Positions 39,029-51,100 of a DNA stretch of 64,000 nt are shown here, piece after piece (the stretch's first letter is position 1; the number at the start of each line of letters is the position of its first letter). A program made the translations under genes and the position numbers. This DNA is from Fidelibacterota bacterium (lineage in GTDB: Bacteria; Fidelibacterota; Marinisomatia; Marinisomatales; JACNKV01). The DNA lies in contig JACNKV010000084.1 in the NCBI GenBank assembly GCA_014381855.1, positions 22,341 through 86,340 on the forward strand. Reading direction: 5' to 3'. Under the pieces are notes generated by a model. It did no database searches. It was not told where the DNA came from and saw only the letters and a list, made by a program, of their open reading frames with translations.

Positions 39029-39298
39029 TTATCCAATCTTTACTGACTCACGGACAATTTCACTTACCTGCCAACGTTTATTTTTACTTAATGGGCGTAC
39101 AGCAGAAATGATAACTAAATCTCCCATCTTCGGATTAACAGATCCGACATGAGCTAAATATTTCTTAAAACGCTTCACATATTTTTTATAGACGGGGTGC
39201 TTGACTTTCCGCGTGACTTTAACTGTGACCGTTTTTTCCATCTTTGTACTAACAACTTCACCAAACAATGTTTGCCTTTTTCGTACATCAGACATCAT
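39029..39298 (-). CDS. rpsQ: 30S ribosomal protein uS17
   Basis: G.VVS.KM.KT..V.V.R...HP.YKK pattern. Confidence 0.95.
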   Translation of the reverse strand: MMSDVRKRQTLFGEVVSTKMEKTVTVKVTRKVKHPVYKKYVKRFKKYLAHVGSVNPKMGDLVIISAVRPLSKNKRWQVSEIVRESVKIG

Positions 39299-39300
39299 AA

Positions 39301-39516
39301 TTACTCTCCATCCTTTTGAGGGCGAATACCCAAATCCATTTCATGCAACACTGTCTTGATCTGAGCAATTTCACGGCGTAAAATGTTAATTTGCTTTGGA
39401 TCTTCGATTTGCTGTAATGCTTTCTGAAAACGGAGGTTTTGCATGGCATCAAGATTGTCTTGAAGCCTAGACTCCAATTCAATTTTATTTATTTCATTTA
39501 ACTGACTGCGTTTCAT
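39301..39516 (-). CDS. rpmC: 50S ribosomal protein uL29
   Basis: 71 aa helical protein, LRFQ.A..Q.E motif, operon order. Confidence 0.9.
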   Translation of the reverse strand: MKRSQLNEINKIELESRLQDNLDAMQNLRFQKALQQIEDPKQINILRREIAQIKTVLHEMDLGIRPQKDGE

Positions 39517-39521
39517 ACTTC

Positions 39522-39935
39522 CTAAAATTCCCTCCGTCCCACAAGTTTTGTTTTTATGGGCAGTTTATGACCGGCATTCCGAAATGCTAATTCAGCTTCT
39601 TCAAACGACACACCTTCAATTTCAAATAATATTCTACCGGGTTTAACGTTTGCAACCCAATATTCCGGTGCACCTTTTCCTTTACCCATTCGTGTTTCTG
39701 CTGGTTTCGCTGTAATAGGCTTGTCAGGAAAAATACGAATCCACATTTTTCCAACTTTCCTAACAATACGTGAAATGGTTACACGTGATGATTCAATTTG
39801 TCTTGCAGAAATCCATCCGGGTTCTAATGCTTTAAGTCCATAGCTTCCAAAAGCCACATAATCACCTCGTTTAGCCATCCCACGTCGATGTCCCCGATGA
39901 TGTCTTCGATATTTACTTTTTTTAGGTTCTAACAT
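39522..39935 (-). CDS. rplP: 50S ribosomal protein uL16
   Basis: [14 protein letters not shown]...G; 137 aa. Confidence 0.95.
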   Translation of the reverse strand: MLEPKKSKYRRHHRGHRRGMAKRGDYVAFGSYGLKALEPGWISARQIESSRVTISRIVRKVGKMWIRIFPDKPITAKPAETRMGKGKGAPEYWVANVKPGRILFEIEGVSFEEAELAFRNAGHKLPIKTKLVGRREF

Positions 39936-39937
39936 AA

Positions 39938-40570
39938 TTACTTACCACGCACTTCCCCATTACAAATCCAAACCTTTATTCCAATGACACCATACGTTGT
40001 ACGCGCTTCGGTGAGGGCGTAGTCAATATCTGATCTCAATGTATGAAGCGGTACACTTCCGTCCATAAATTTTTCACTACGTGCAATCTCGGCTCCACCA
40101 AGTCTTCCGGCAACATTGATTCTAATTCCTTGCGCCCCCATTCTCATAGTAGACTGCATGGTTTTGTTCACGACTCGCCGGTAGGATATTTTCTTCATCA
40201 ATTGATGTGCAATATTCGACCCGACTAAAGCTGCATCCAATTCAGGACGTTTCACCTCTGAAATATTGATTTGAACTTCTTTTTTAGTTAATTGTTTAAC
40301 TTCTTTTCTAAGCCGCTTAACCTCTTCGCCACCTTTTCCAATTACAATCCCTGGTCTTGCCGTGTGAATTGTTATAGTTACCACTTTAGATGTGCGTCTG
40401 ATTTCCACTTTTGACACACCGGCATTAGGAAGTCGCTGCTTTAAATATTTTCTGATTTGAACATCTTCTGCAAGTTCATCTTTAAAATTCTTTTTCGATG
40501 CAAACCAATTGGATCTCCATTCTTTATTTACGGTTAGTCTAAACCCGATTGGATGTGTTTTTTGACCCAA
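39938..40570 (-). CDS. rpsC: 30S ribosomal protein uS3
   Basis: [14 protein letters not shown] domain; 210 aa. Confidence 0.97.
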   Translation of the reverse strand: MGQKTHPIGFRLTVNKEWRSNWFASKKNFKDELAEDVQIRKYLKQRLPNAGVSKVEIRRTSKVVTITIHTARPGIVIGKGGEEVKRLRKEVKQLTKKEVQINISEVKRPELDAALVGSNIAHQLMKKISYRRVVNKTMQSTMRMGAQGIRINVAGRLGGAEIARSEKFMDGSVPLHTLRSDIDYALTEARTTYGVIGIKVWICNGEVRGK

Positions 40571-40579
40571 ACGATCCTC

Positions 40580-40927
40580 CTACGCTTTTGTGTCCGTGAG
40601 GACAATGGTTAAATGACTTGATGGTTTGCGTATTTTTGAAGCACGCCCCATTGCAGATGCACGGAATCTTTTTAACACCGGTCCTCCATTAACATACGCC
40701 TCTTTAATGTCTAACATTTCAGGATTGATATTACTATCTTCTGTATTGTTCATATAATTTGCAACAGCAGAATGTAGCGTTTTCTCAATAATTGTAGCGG
40801 CTTTTTCCTGTGAAAAATGTAAAACATTGAGAGCAATACCCACTTTCATACCTCGAATCGAATCTAATGTCTTCCGTATTTTTCTGGGAGACTGTCTAAC
40901 ATGTTTTAATTGTGCTAATGCTTCCAT
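40580..40927 (-). CDS. rplV: 50S ribosomal protein uL22
   Basis: Sequence and S10-operon order. Confidence 0.93.
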   Translation of the reverse strand: MEALAQLKHVRQSPRKIRKTLDSIRGMKVGIALNVLHFSQEKAATIIEKTLHSAVANYMNNTEDSNINPEMLDIKEAYVNGGPVLKRFRASAMGRASKIRKPSSHLTIVLTDTKA

Positions 40928-41196
40928 TATTTTTTCCTATCACCCGAGTGCATTCTAAATGTTCTTGTTGGAGCAAATTCTCCAAGTTTATGCCCGACCA
41001 TATTCTCATAAATAAACACCGGAATGAATTTATGTCCGTTATGGATGGCCAGTGTGTGCCCAACAAATTCAGGGGTAATCATTGACCGGCGCGACCAAGT
41101 TTTAATGACTCGTTTTTTACCGCTGTCATTCATGACATCGATTTTCTTTAAAAGTTTAAGATCCACATGGGGGCCTTTTTTTAGTGACCGTGCCAT
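40927..41196 (-). CDS. rpsS: 30S ribosomal protein uS19
   Basis: [12 protein letters not shown]... I prefer ATG 41196 (GAGGAG sits 9 nt upstream, 1 nt after the rplB stop) over the track start 41217, which lies inside rplB. Confidence 0.95.
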   Translation of the reverse strand: MARSLKKGPHVDLKLLKKIDVMNDSGKKRVIKTWSRRSMITPEFVGHTLAIHNGHKFIPVFIYENMVGHKLGEFAPTRTFRMHSGDRKK

Positions 41197-41197
41197 C

Positions 41198-42022
41198 CTA
41201 TTTTCTCCTCTTGACAATCATTTCATTGGATTTCTTATTCCGTTTTCGTGTCTTGTAGCCCTTTGTTGGTTTACCCCATGGCGTAGTGGGATGGCGTCCA
41301 CCGGAAGATTTTCCTTCACCACCGCCCATCGGATGGTCAACCGGGTTCATCGCAACACCCCTGACCTTAGGACGACGGCCCAACCAGCGAGAGCGTCCGG
41401 CTTTCCCTGAGACGACTTGCTCATTCGTACGATTACCAACTTGTCCTATAGTTGCACGGCATACACTTGAGACCATTCTGACCTCACCTGACGGTAATTT
41501 TAACGTCGTGAATCCCTCGGCATGTGCCATCAACTGGGCAGCAGTGCCAGCACTTCGAACCATTTGACCACCTCTCCCGGGAATTAGTTCAATGTTATGA
41601 ACAAAAAGACCCGTAGGGATTTTATCTAGTGGCAGGGAATTGCCTATCTTCAGTGGAGCTGTTTCTCCTGAGATAACAGCATCTCCAACTTTTAGTCCGA
41701 ACGGTGCAAGGATGTAACGTTTTTCTCCATCGGCGTAATGTATGAGAGCTATATATGCAGAACGATTAGGATCATATTCAATCGTTGCAACCTTTCCGGG
41801 AATGTCAAACTTATTACGTTTAAAATCGATAATGCGATAACGACGACGATGTCCACCTCCACGGTGGCGACTTGTAATACGGCCTTTGTTGTTTCGTCCA
41901 CCGGACTTACGTAGAGCTGTCGTTAATTTTTTCTCCGGAGTATCGGTTGTAATATCGGCAAAGTCCGGTCGCGTTGCGAATCGGCTACCCGGCGTAACTG
42001 GTTTTAATGTTCGAATACCCAT
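41198..42022 (-). CDS. rplB: 50S ribosomal protein uL2
   Basis: 274 aa; GRNN.GRIT.RHRGGGH+R.YR. Confidence 0.97.
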   Translation of the reverse strand: MGIRTLKPVTPGSRFATRPDFADITTDTPEKKLTTALRKSGGRNNKGRITSRHRGGGHRRRYRIIDFKRNKFDIPGKVATIEYDPNRSAYIALIHYADGEKRYILAPFGLKVGDAVISGETAPLKIGNSLPLDKIPTGLFVHNIELIPGRGGQMVRSAGTAAQLMAHAEGFTTLKLPSGEVRMVSSVCRATIGQVGNRTNEQVVSGKAGRSRWLGRRPKVRGVAMNPVDHPMGGGEGKSSGGRHPTTPWGKPTKGYKTRKRNKKSNEMIVKRRK

Positions 42023-42030
42023 AATAATCC

Positions 42031-42348
42031 CTAAACTTCACCTTTTAATAAATCGATGGTATACCCTTCCTTAAGAGTAATAATTGCCCGCTTCCAATTT
42101 GAACGCTTTCCTTGTGTTCGGATGGTTCTTCCACCGCTTCGAACCGTCATAACTTTGGACTTTCCTTTGCGATTCATAGTAGCAACTTTTTCTACTTTAA
42201 CATCAAATTTTTCTTGAACAGCTTTTTTTATTTCTATTTTATTTGCATCTGTCATCACTTGAAATGCATACTTCCGCTGTGTTTCCTCAAGGATACTCAT
42301 CTTTTCCGTAAAAATCGGTCGGATGATAATATTTCTGTAATCAACCAT
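42031..42348 (-). CDS. rplW: 50S ribosomal protein uL23
   Basis: Sequence and operon order. Confidence 0.9.
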   Translation of the reverse strand: MVDYRNIIIRPIFTEKMSILEETQRKYAFQVMTDANKIEIKKAVQEKFDVKVEKVATMNRKGKSKVMTVRSGGRTIRTQGKRSNWKRAIITLKEGYTIDLLKGEV

Positions 42349-42350
42349 AA

Positions 42351-42983
42351 TTAATTTTTCGCTGTTAACTGTTCGCTTAACATTGCTAATCCCGCTTTAT
42401 CAAAGACCAATACATCATTATTCAACAACTCATATGCGCTGGCATGATCTGCTTTTATAACGGACACATTTTTCAAATTTCTGACCGAGAGAAAAAGTGA
42501 ATCACCAACAACTGCAGGTAAGAGTGTTACTTTTTTTCCCTCTAATTCAAGATGTTGAATCATTTCATAAATCGCCTTTGTTTTCGGCGCATCTATTTTT
42601 AATTCATCCAACACAAATATTGTACCCGAAGCTGCTTTGTCAGAAAGAACACTTTTCCTTGCAAGCTGTTTCATTTTTCTTGGAATTGCACGAATATGTT
42701 TGTGTGGGTGCGGTCCAAAAACAACACCTCCGCCCGTCCATAATGGAGAGCGTATCGTTCCTACACGCGCTGCACCTCGCCCTTTTTGTTTCCAAGGTTT
42801 TCTTCCGCCACCTTTAACCATACCCCTGCTTTTTGCAGCATGGGTACCTTGGCGGCGATTGGAAAGCTCTGAGGTAATAGCTTGATGCACAGCTGCTTCA
42901 TTTGGTTCAATTCCAAATACTGTTTCATCTACTGACATTGCGGTTCCTTTAGAACCATCCATCTTTAGTACGTTTAATTTCAT
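42351..42983 (-). CDS. rplD: 50S ribosomal protein uL4
   Basis: GGGRKPWKQKGRGAARVGTIRSPLW. Confidence 0.95.
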   Translation of the reverse strand: MKLNVLKMDGSKGTAMSVDETVFGIEPNEAAVHQAITSELSNRRQGTHAAKSRGMVKGGGRKPWKQKGRGAARVGTIRSPLWTGGGVVFGPHPHKHIRAIPRKMKQLARKSVLSDKAASGTIFVLDELKIDAPKTKAIYEMIQHLELEGKKVTLLPAVVGDSLFLSVRNLKNVSVIKADHASAYELLNNDVLVFDKAGLAMLSEQLTAKN

Positions 42984-42985
42984 AA

Positions 42986-43603
42986 TTATTTTGAAATGTA
43001 AATTATTCCGTTATTTGCTCCGGGAACAGCTCCCTTAATAAATATCTGGTTTTTTTCTGGTACAATCTTAACCACTTCCAGATTTTGAACTGTCACACGG
43101 GAATTTCCATAATGTCCTGCCATCTTCATCCCTTTAAATACCCTTGATGGAGAAGATGCTTGTCCAATAGACCCGGGATGACGCAAGGTGTGTTTTTGTC
43201 CATGGGTAATAGGAGGACGATGGAAATTATGGCGTTTAATCACACCTGCAAACCCCTTACCTTTCGACTTCCCCAAGACATTAACTTTGTCGCCCTCATT
43301 GAAGAGAGATACAGTGAACTTTTGACCAGTTTTGTACTCAAAACCAGGGACAATCTCAAACTCAGCAAGAGTCTTTTGCAAGTCTACGCCTGCTTTTTTG
43401 TAATGACCTTCCATAGGCTTTGTTACATGCTTTTTCTTGCGAGATTCATAACCAACCTGCACAGCATCATATCCGTCGTGAGCTTCTGTTTTCACCTGCG
43501 TGACCACACATGGTCCGGCTTCCACAATTGTAACCGGAGCTATTTTACCCGAGTCCAGATAAATCTGTGTCATTCCAATTTTTTTTCCAATCATTCCACG
43601 CAT
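42986..43603 (-). CDS. rplC: 50S ribosomal protein uL3
   Basis: GMIGKKIGMTQIY...GKGFAGVIKRHNF. Confidence 0.95.
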   Translation of the reverse strand: MRGMIGKKIGMTQIYLDSGKIAPVTIVEAGPCVVTQVKTEAHDGYDAVQVGYESRKKKHVTKPMEGHYKKAGVDLQKTLAEFEIVPGFEYKTGQKFTVSLFNEGDKVNVLGKSKGKGFAGVIKRHNFHRPPITHGQKHTLRHPGSIGQASSPSRVFKGMKMAGHYGNSRVTVQNLEVVKIVPEKNQIFIKGAVPGANNGIIYISK

Positions 43604-43605
43604 GA

Positions 43606-43914
43606 CTACACCTTAATCTCAATATCTACACCGGCAGGCAGATCTAACTTCATGAGTGATTCTACCGTTTTCGGAGTAGAATTCAGAATATCAATCAACC
43701 GTTTGTGAATTTTAGTCTGAAATTGTTCTCTTGACTTTTTATCAACATGTGGAGATCTCAAAACAGTATAAATTGTCCGTTTTGTCGGTAAAGGTATTGG
43801 TCCTGAGATAATAGCTCCCGTAGACTTGGCTGTTCTTACGATTTTCTCTGTTGACTTATCTAAAAGCGTATGGTCATACGCTTTTAAACTAATTCTAATT
43901 GTTTGTTTCGCCAC
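43606..43914 (-). CDS. rpsJ: 30S ribosomal protein uS10
   Basis: [12 protein letters not shown]....IV; GTG start at 43914. Confidence 0.95.
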   Translation of the reverse strand: MAKQTIRISLKAYDHTLLDKSTEKIVRTAKSTGAIISGPIPLPTKRTIYTVLRSPHVDKKSREQFQTKIHKRLIDILNSTPKTVESLMKLDLPAGVDIEIKV

Positions 43915-45130
43915 GAAACACGTCCTTACTCAATGATTTCAGTCACAACACCGGCACCCACTGTGTGGCCACCTTCACGAATCGCAAACCGAAGTTCCTT
44001 ATCCATCGCTATCTGTGTGATCAATTCAATTTCTAATTCCACGCTGTCCCCCGGCATCACCATCTCTGTCCCAGCAGGAAGTGTGGCAACACCCGTCACA
44101 TCTGTCGTCCGAAAATAAAACTGAGGACGATATCCGTTGAAAAACGGCGTATGACGTCCGCCTTCATCCTTCTTCAACACATACACACTTGCTTTAAACT
44201 TTGTGTGTGGTGTAATACTGCCCGGCTTTGCTAATACCATCCCGCGATTTAATTCATTCTTATCTACTCCGCGAAGAAGTAATCCTGCATTGTCGCCTGC
44301 CTGACCCTCATCCAACAGCTTACGGAACATCTCTACTCCTGTACATACTGTCTTCTTTTGAAGACCCATACCTAAAATCTCAACCTCATCTCCTACCTTG
44401 ATGATCCCACGCTCAATACGACCTGTACCAACCGTACCACGACCCGTAATACTGAATACATCCTCTACCGGCATTAAGAAAGGTCTGTCTACATCACGCT
44501 CAGGCTCAGGAATGAAACTGTCACAAGCTTCTAATATCTCTACAATACACTTCGTCGCTTCTGCATCGGACGGATTGTTTAATGCTTCTAACGCGCTTCC
44601 CATTATAATCGGAGTATCATCTCCGGGAAATTCATATTCATTTAACAAATCACGCAACTCCATCTCTACCAACTCTAATAGCTCCGGATCATCTACTTGA
44701 TCTGTCTTGTTCATAAACACAACAATCGAAGGAACATTCACCTGACGAGCTAATAATACATGCTCACGTGTCTGGGGCATGGGACCATCTGCTGCACTCA
44801 CAACCAAAATCGCTCCGTCCATCTGGGCGGCGCCTGTGATCATGTTCTTAATATAGTCTGCGTGTCCCGGACAATCTACATGGGCATAATGACGGTTCTC
44901 CGTCTCATACTCTACGTGAGCTGTCTGAATCGTAATCCCACGCTCACGCTCCTCCGGAGCATTGTCAATATCATCAAATCCCATTACCTCTGATAATCCA
45001 CGAGCTGATTGTACTAACGTGATCGCGGCAGTTAACGTCGTCTTTCCATGATCAACGTGACCAATCGTTCCGATGTTTACATGCGGCTTTGTTCTCTCAA
45101 ATTTTTGCTTTGCCATGAGAACCTCCTATT
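43910..45130. repeat. 1221-bp perfect repeat, copy A (tuf CDS plus 14 nt upstream and 16 nt downstream)
   Basis: I read it as identical to 59337..60557 (offset 15427). The encoded proteins and all embedded antisense ORFs in the track are identical. Flanks diverge immediately outside these limits. Confidence 0.9.
43926..45116 (-). CDS. tuf: elongation factor Tu (str-operon copy)
   Basis: [22 protein letters not shown]; 396 aa. AGGAGG SD upstream. Confidence 0.98.
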   Translation of the reverse strand: MAKQKFERTKPHVNIGTIGHVDHGKTTLTAAITLVQSARGLSEVMGFDDIDNAPEERERGITIQTAHVEYETENRHYAHVDCPGHADYIKNMITGAAQMDGAILVVSAADGPMPQTREHVLLARQVNVPSIVVFMNKTDQVDDPELLELVEMELRDLLNEYEFPGDDTPIIMGSALEALNNPSDAEATKCIVEILEACDSFIPEPERDVDRPFLMPVEDVFSITGRGTVGTGRIERGIIKVGDEVEILGMGLQKKTVCTGVEMFRKLLDEGQAGDNAGLLLRGVDKNELNRGMVLAKPGSITPHTKFKASVYVLKKDEGGRHTPFFNGYRPQFYFRTTDVTGVATLPAGTEMVMPGDSVELEIELITQIAMDKELRFAIREGGHTVGAGVVTEIIE

Positions 45131-45136
45131 GTTTCT

Positions 45137-47233
45137 TTAATTAGATAATTTTTTACCATAAATACGTTCAACAATCTCTTCCTGTACTTTTGCAGGAACT
45201 TGTTGATGATATGCAAACTCCATGTGAAAGGCTGCTCTTCCCTGCGTAATAGAACGTAAGTCTGTTGCATAACCAAACATTTTGCTCAAAGGAACATTGG
45301 CCCGGACAACTTGTGCTTCTTTCCTTCTGCCCATTCCATCAACCTTACCACGCCGTGAACTAATATCACCCATCACATCTCCGAGATATTCTTCCGGTGT
45401 AACAACTTCAATATTCATAATTGGTTCATTCAACACAGGAGCAGACAGCTTACACGCTTTTTTTATCGCCATCGAACCGGCGATTTTAAACGCAATTTCC
45501 GACGAGTCGACTTCGTGATATGAGCCAAAAATAAGTTCGACCCTCACATCTTCAATTGGATAACCTGCGATGATTCCATTTTTCAACGCTTCTTGCATTC
45601 CTTTGTCAACAGCCGGTATATATTCCCGTGGAATCACTCCTCCAACAATTTTGTTTTCAAAGTGATAGCCCTTCCCCGGCTCATTCGGTTCAACATTAAT
45701 CACAACGTGACCATATTGCCCTCGCCCACCGGATTGTCGTACAAATTTCACATCAACGTCCTGAGCTGATTTTGTAATTGCCTCCGTATAAGCAACCTGA
45801 GGCTTTCCTACATTTGCACTAACTTTAAATTCTCTTAATAACCTATCTACTAATATCTCAAGGTGTAATTCACCCATCCCTGCAATAATAGTCTGCCCAG
45901 TATCTTGATTTGTAGAAATAATGAACGTAGGATCCTCTTCGCTGAGCTTAACTAATCCTTTAGACAATGCATCCTGATCAGCTTTACTGACCGGCTCGAC
46001 GGCAACTTCAACTACCGGCTCCGGAAAATCCATCGATTCAAGCATAATCAGATGTTTTTCATCACATAACGTGTGCCCGGTATTTGTTTTTTTCAAGCCA
46101 ACTGCAGCAACGATTTCACCGGCACCTACTTTTTCACGTTCTTCACGTTTATTCGCGTGCATCAACAAAATACGACTTATTCGCTCTCGTTTTCCTGTAT
46201 TTGGATTAAAAACATAAGAGCCTTTTGTCAATGTGCCGGAATACACTCTGATGTATGTCAAACGACCGACGTAAGGATCCGTCATAATCTTAAAGGCAAG
46301 AGCACTAAAATGTGCATTTTCACCCGGTTCACGAGATAACTCTAAATCTGAATTATCCGGATCAAAGCCCTTCACAGCACCAACATCTTCTGGTGAAGGT
46401 AAAAAATCAACCACAGCGTCCAGTAAACGTTGTACACCTTTATTCTTAAAAGCAGACCCACAGAAAGTGGGTACAAATGTATTATCCAAACAACCTTTTC
46501 GAATTGCGGCTTTTAACTCATCAACTGAAATTTCATCTCCATCGACATATTTTTCCATTAAATTATCACAATATGTCGCTGATTCTTCGATTAAATGGAG
46601 ACGCCATTTTTGTGCTTCTTCCAACATATCTGTTGGAATATCAGCATACTCAAATCTCGCACCCAATGAAGATTCGTTATACAAAATCGCTCTCATAGAA
46701 AGGAGGTCAACAATCCCGTTAAATAATTCACCATCTCCAATTGGAATGGTCAGTGGCAACGGATTTGCTCCCAACCGTTCTTTCATCATATCGACGGCGT
46801 GGTAAAAATCAGCGCCTGTTCTGTCCATTTTATTGACGAAAGCAATTCGCGGGACATTATACTTATCTGCTTGGCGCCATACCGTTTCGCTTTGAGGCTC
46901 GACACCGCCCACGGCACAAAATACGGCTATTGCACCATCCAAAACACGAAGCGATCTCTCCACCTCAACAGTAAAATCAACGTGGCCCGGAGTATCAATG
47001 ATATTAATTCGATTATTATCCCAAATAGCTGTTGTCGCTGCAGAAGTAATGGTAATACCACGTTCTTTCTCTTGCTCCATCCAGTCCATAATGGCACCGC
47101 CTTCATGAACTTCCCCTATTTTATGCGACCGTCCGGTATAATATAAAACCCGCTCAGTCAGAGTGGTTTTCCCGGCATCAATATGTGCCATTATACCGAT
47201 ATTACGGACGTGTGAAAGAGGGATGGGTTTCAT
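45137..47233 (-). CDS. fusA: elongation factor G
   Basis: [16 protein letters not shown]; 698 aa. Confidence 0.98.
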   Translation of the reverse strand: MKPIPLSHVRNIGIMAHIDAGKTTLTERVLYYTGRSHKIGEVHEGGAIMDWMEQEKERGITITSAATTAIWDNNRINIIDTPGHVDFTVEVERSLRVLDGAIAVFCAVGGVEPQSETVWRQADKYNVPRIAFVNKMDRTGADFYHAVDMMKERLGANPLPLTIPIGDGELFNGIVDLLSMRAILYNESSLGARFEYADIPTDMLEEAQKWRLHLIEESATYCDNLMEKYVDGDEISVDELKAAIRKGCLDNTFVPTFCGSAFKNKGVQRLLDAVVDFLPSPEDVGAVKGFDPDNSDLELSREPGENAHFSALAFKIMTDPYVGRLTYIRVYSGTLTKGSYVFNPNTGKRERISRILLMHANKREEREKVGAGEIVAAVGLKKTNTGHTLCDEKHLIMLESMDFPEPVVEVAVEPVSKADQDALSKGLVKLSEEDPTFIISTNQDTGQTIIAGMGELHLEILVDRLLREFKVSANVGKPQVAYTEAITKSAQDVDVKFVRQSGGRGQYGHVVINVEPNEPGKGYHFENKIVGGVIPREYIPAVDKGMQEALKNGIIAGYPIEDVRVELIFGSYHEVDSSEIAFKIAGSMAIKKACKLSAPVLNEPIMNIEVVTPEEYLGDVMGDISSRRGKVDGMGRRKEAQVVRANVPLSKMFGYATDLRSITQGRAAFHMEFAYHQQVPAKVQEEIVERIYGKKLSN

Positions 47234-47706
47234 CGGCGTGGCCTTCCGAAATGTGCGAAAGCCTTATTGGCTTCTGCCATCCGGTGTGTATCATCTTTTT
47301 TCTTAATGGCGCCGCCTTCATTGTTGGCAGCAGAGATTAGTTCAACTGCGAGACGATCAGACATTGGCTTACCGCTTCTGTTTTTTGCAGCATTAATTAA
47401 CCAATGAGATGCTAAATAATACTGACGATGCTGAGGAACCTCAATCGGTACTTGATAGGTTGCACCTCCAATTCGGCGTGACTTAACTTCGAGCATGGGA
47501 GTTGAATTCTTTATAGCTTCGTCAAAGATTTTAAATCCATCAGACTTTGTCTTTTTCTTTATAATTGCCATCGCATCATAAAATATTTTTTCTGCAACGC
47601 CTTTTTTTCCCCGTTCCATCAAATAATTGATAAACTTTGCTACTGCAAGATCCTTATACACCGGATCCGGTAATATTTGTCGTCGTTCTGGTCTTCTTCT
47701 TCTCAT
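47230..47706 (-). CDS. rpsG: 30S ribosomal protein uS7
   Basis: Sequence and str-operon order. Confidence 0.97.
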   Translation of the reverse strand: MRRRRPERRQILPDPVYKDLAVAKFINYLMERGKKGVAEKIFYDAMAIIKKKTKSDGFKIFDEAIKNSTPMLEVKSRRIGGATYQVPIEVPQHRQYYLASHWLINAAKNRSGKPMSDRLAVELISAANNEGGAIKKKDDTHRMAEANKAFAHFGRPRR

Positions 47707-47708
47707 AA

Positions 47709-48086
47709 TTATCTGGCTTTTGGTCGTTTAGCTCCGTATCTGGAGCGACTGGTTTTTCGGTCGGAGACACCCGCTGTATCCAAAGCACCTCGTACAATAT
47801 GGTATCGCACACCTGACAAATCTTTGACACGACCACCCTCAATCAGCACAATAGAGTGCTCTTGGAGATTATGTCCTTCTCCCGGAATATAGGCTGCAAC
47901 CTCCATTCCATTTGTCAACCGAACACGTGCTACTTTTCTCAGCGCAGAATTCGGTTTTTTAGGTGTGGTTGTATATACACGTGTGCACACACCTCTTTTT
48001 TGAGGATTACCTTTAAGAGCCGGGGTTGCGGTTTTTTTCGCAACGCGCGCTCTTCCTTTTTTAACTAATTGGTTTATCGTCGGCAT
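47709..48086 (-). CDS. rpsL: 30S ribosomal protein uS12 (Ser at the conserved Pro of KDLPGVRY)
   Basis: [12 protein letters not shown]...[12 protein letters not shown]...[13 protein letters not shown]. Confidence 0.97.
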   Translation of the reverse strand: MPTINQLVKKGRARVAKKTATPALKGNPQKRGVCTRVYTTTPKKPNSALRKVARVRLTNGMEVAAYIPGEGHNLQEHSIVLIEGGRVKDLSGVRYHIVRGALDTAGVSDRKTSRSRYGAKRPKAR

Positions 48087-48101
48087 AGTAGTTTTTAATT
48101 T

Positions 48102-48139
48102 AGCCTATAAATTTATTAACTATTAAGAAATACAGTCAA
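48102..48139 (-). promoter_or_regulatory. candidate strong promoter of the str operon (shared module, copy 1)
   Basis: The minus strand reads TTGACTGTATTTCTTAATAGTTAATAAATTTATAGGCT and ends 15 nt before the rpsL ATG. It is 30/38 identical, with identical spacing, to 61082..61119. Confidence 0.45.
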
Positions 48140-48169
48140 TCATTATTTGACATATTTTTAACATATAGC

Positions 48170-51100
48170 TTAAGCCTGTGTAGCCTCAGGCTCTATGATT
48201 AGATCGCTATCTTTACTTACCCGAATATCTTGAAGTCCGGGGAATCCTGTTCCGGCCGGAATCAGACGTCCGATGGTTACATTTTCTTTTAACCCGCGTA
48301 AATAATCTGTTTTGCATGCTGTGGCTGCATTCGTCAGAACCCGAGTGGTCTCTTGGAAAGAAGCCGCAGAAAGAAAACTCTCCGTATTTAAAGATGCCTG
48401 GGTAATTCCCATGATCAAAGGTTCGAATGTGGCAGGCTTGGTCTTTCTGTGTTTTGCGGGAGTTTTTTCTTCTTCTTTCAATTCGCGATTAATCTCCTGA
48501 AATTCACTCTTTTCAATCAGCAAATCGATATCCAAATCCGAATCTCCGGAATCAGAAACAACAACCATTTTTGAAATCCGCTCATTTTCTTCAAAAAAGT
48601 CTTTTCTGTCCACGCGTTCTGATTCCAAGAAGCGTGAATCACCCGAACTGGCAATCAGGATTTTTCTCATCATCTGGCGGACAATGACTTCAATATGTTT
48701 ATCATTAATGCTAACACCCTGCAAACGATAAACTTCCTGGATTTCATTCACCAGATATTCCCTGACCGCGCCCGGTCCTTGAATATTTAATATGTCCATT
48801 GGTGAAATTGCCCCTTCGCAAAGAGGAGTACCGGATGTAACAAAGTCACCCTCATGAACAATAACATGTTTTCCGTATGGAATATTATAAGAGCGGGATT
48901 TTCCATCCGATGGCTCGACAATAATCTTACGTATCCCTCGTTTTATGGAACCAAATATTACGTTCCCATTTATTTCTGAGACGACAGCCGGATTTGAGGG
49001 CATTCTGGCTTCAAATAATTCCGCGACCCTAGGCAGGCCTCCTGTAATATCTCTTGTTTTACCGATGTCTTTCTGGATTTTAACAAGTGTTTGACCGCGC
49101 TTCACATGTTGACCGTCACTTACGACGAGTGTAGCCCTGACCGGTAAGATTGTTCCGCCCGATAGCGTTTTCCCGTTATCATCGGCGATTTCAACCTGAG
49201 GACTCAAATTTCTATTTTTTGACTCGACAATGACCATTTGTTTTTTTCCGCCTTCAACAGACTCAACTTGATAGGTTTCACCTTCGATAAAATCTCGAAG
49301 ACCAACCACACCTGTTTGTCGAGTTAAGATAATATCGGTGTAAGGATCCCACTGGAATAAAATAGTTCCGGGTTTAATTTTCTCACCTTCACTGATGAAT
49401 ACATTTGATCCGTATGGGACATTATATTCTGCGCGAACCATTTCTTTCTTTTTATCGTCTAGTACAAATACTTTTGCATGACGAGACATACATCGAGTGA
49501 CTTCTGCTCCGGTTTCATCCGTCGTATCTGCAGAGTCATAATCGTCAGAGAATTTGACGACCCCACCATGTTTTGTCGTCATATCAGATTGTTCGATAAT
49601 ACGTGTAGCTGTACCACCAATATGGAAGGTTCGCAGTGTAAGCTGAGTTCCAGGTTCACCAATACTTTGCGCCGCAATAATTCCGACAGAGGAACCGATA
49701 TTTACGGAATGATTTGTTGCAAGATTCCAACCGTAACATTTTGCACACACACCATGTTTCGATTCACATGTCAGAACGGATCGAAGTCGAATACTTTGGA
49801 CACCGCTCTCTTCAATAACACTGGCATTCTCGCTACTAATCAGTGTTCCGGATTTAACTTTTACTTTTCCGTCAATAACAAAATCGTCAACCAATGATCT
49901 ACCTAAGATACGATCTGCTAATGGTTCGATAATCTCTTCTCCTTCTTTCAAATCAGAGATAACGATTCCATTAATTGTACCACAGTCTTCCTCTCCAATC
50001 ACCACATCTTGAGCAACATCAACCAGCCGACGCGTCAGATATCCAGCATCCGCTGTTTTTAATGCTGTATCGGCCAGCCCTTTTCTAGCTCCGTGAGTTG
50101 AGATAAAGTACTCCATGACTGACAGTCCTTCTTTAAAATTGGACAGAATTGGAGATTCAATAATCTCTCCTTTTCCGCCTGTCATGGATTTTTTTGGTTT
50201 TGCCATCAAACCGCGCATACCTGCTAACTGTTTAATCTGGTCCTGACTTCCTCGTGCACCGGAATCTGCCATCATGAAAACAGGATTAAAACCCGCTCTG
50301 TCTTTCTGCAGGTTATCCATCATAGATTGTGCGACTTTTCCTGTTGCATGCGTCCAAATATCAATGACTTTATTATATCGTTCACCTTCGGTGAGAATAT
50401 GACGTGTAAACTTTTCGTTGATCCCATCAACCTCTTTCGTCGCGGAAGTGATAATTTGTTCTTTATCCTTAGGAATTAAAATATCACTAATGGAGATAGA
50501 ACTGCCACTTTCTGTCGCAATTCTAAAACCGAGATCTTTTAAATCATCTAAAAATTTCACTGTTTTAAAGTTTCCAGCAACCAAATATGTCTGATTTACG
50601 ATCTTCTCAAGTCTCCTCTTGGAAATCATTTCATCAATGTAGTCCATTTCATCCGGGAGGATGTCATTTAGTAATACGCGTCCGACCGTTGTATTTTTCT
50701 GCCATTTTCCATGATATCTCACGTGAATAATTGCATGGATATCTACAGTTTTATTTTCTAAGGCAAGAGTCACTTCATTCAGCGATCCAAAGAATTTTCC
50801 TTCACCTTTAACACCCTTTTCTGCACGGGTTAAATAATAACAACCCAAGACCATATCCTGAGAAGGAATGGCAATAGGTTTACCGTTTGCCGGATGCAAA
50901 ATATTGTGACTGGAAAGCATCAAGACTCGTGCTTCCATTTGTGCGTGGACAGATAATGGAACATGTACAGCCATTTGATCTCCGTCAAAATCAGCATTAA
51001 ACGCTGCACAGACAAGCGGATGTAAGTGGATGGCTTTCCCATCAACCAACACTGGTTGAAACGCTTGAATTCCAAGACGGTGAAGCGTCGGTGCTCTATT

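Noticed and set aside
39288-39482. 64-aa ORF overlapping rpmC in another frame; similar cases at 47654..47842, 16532..16717, 15951..16136 and 53449..53688
   Set aside because: These are same-strand out-of-frame overlaps within conserved genes, with no SD and no recognisable product.
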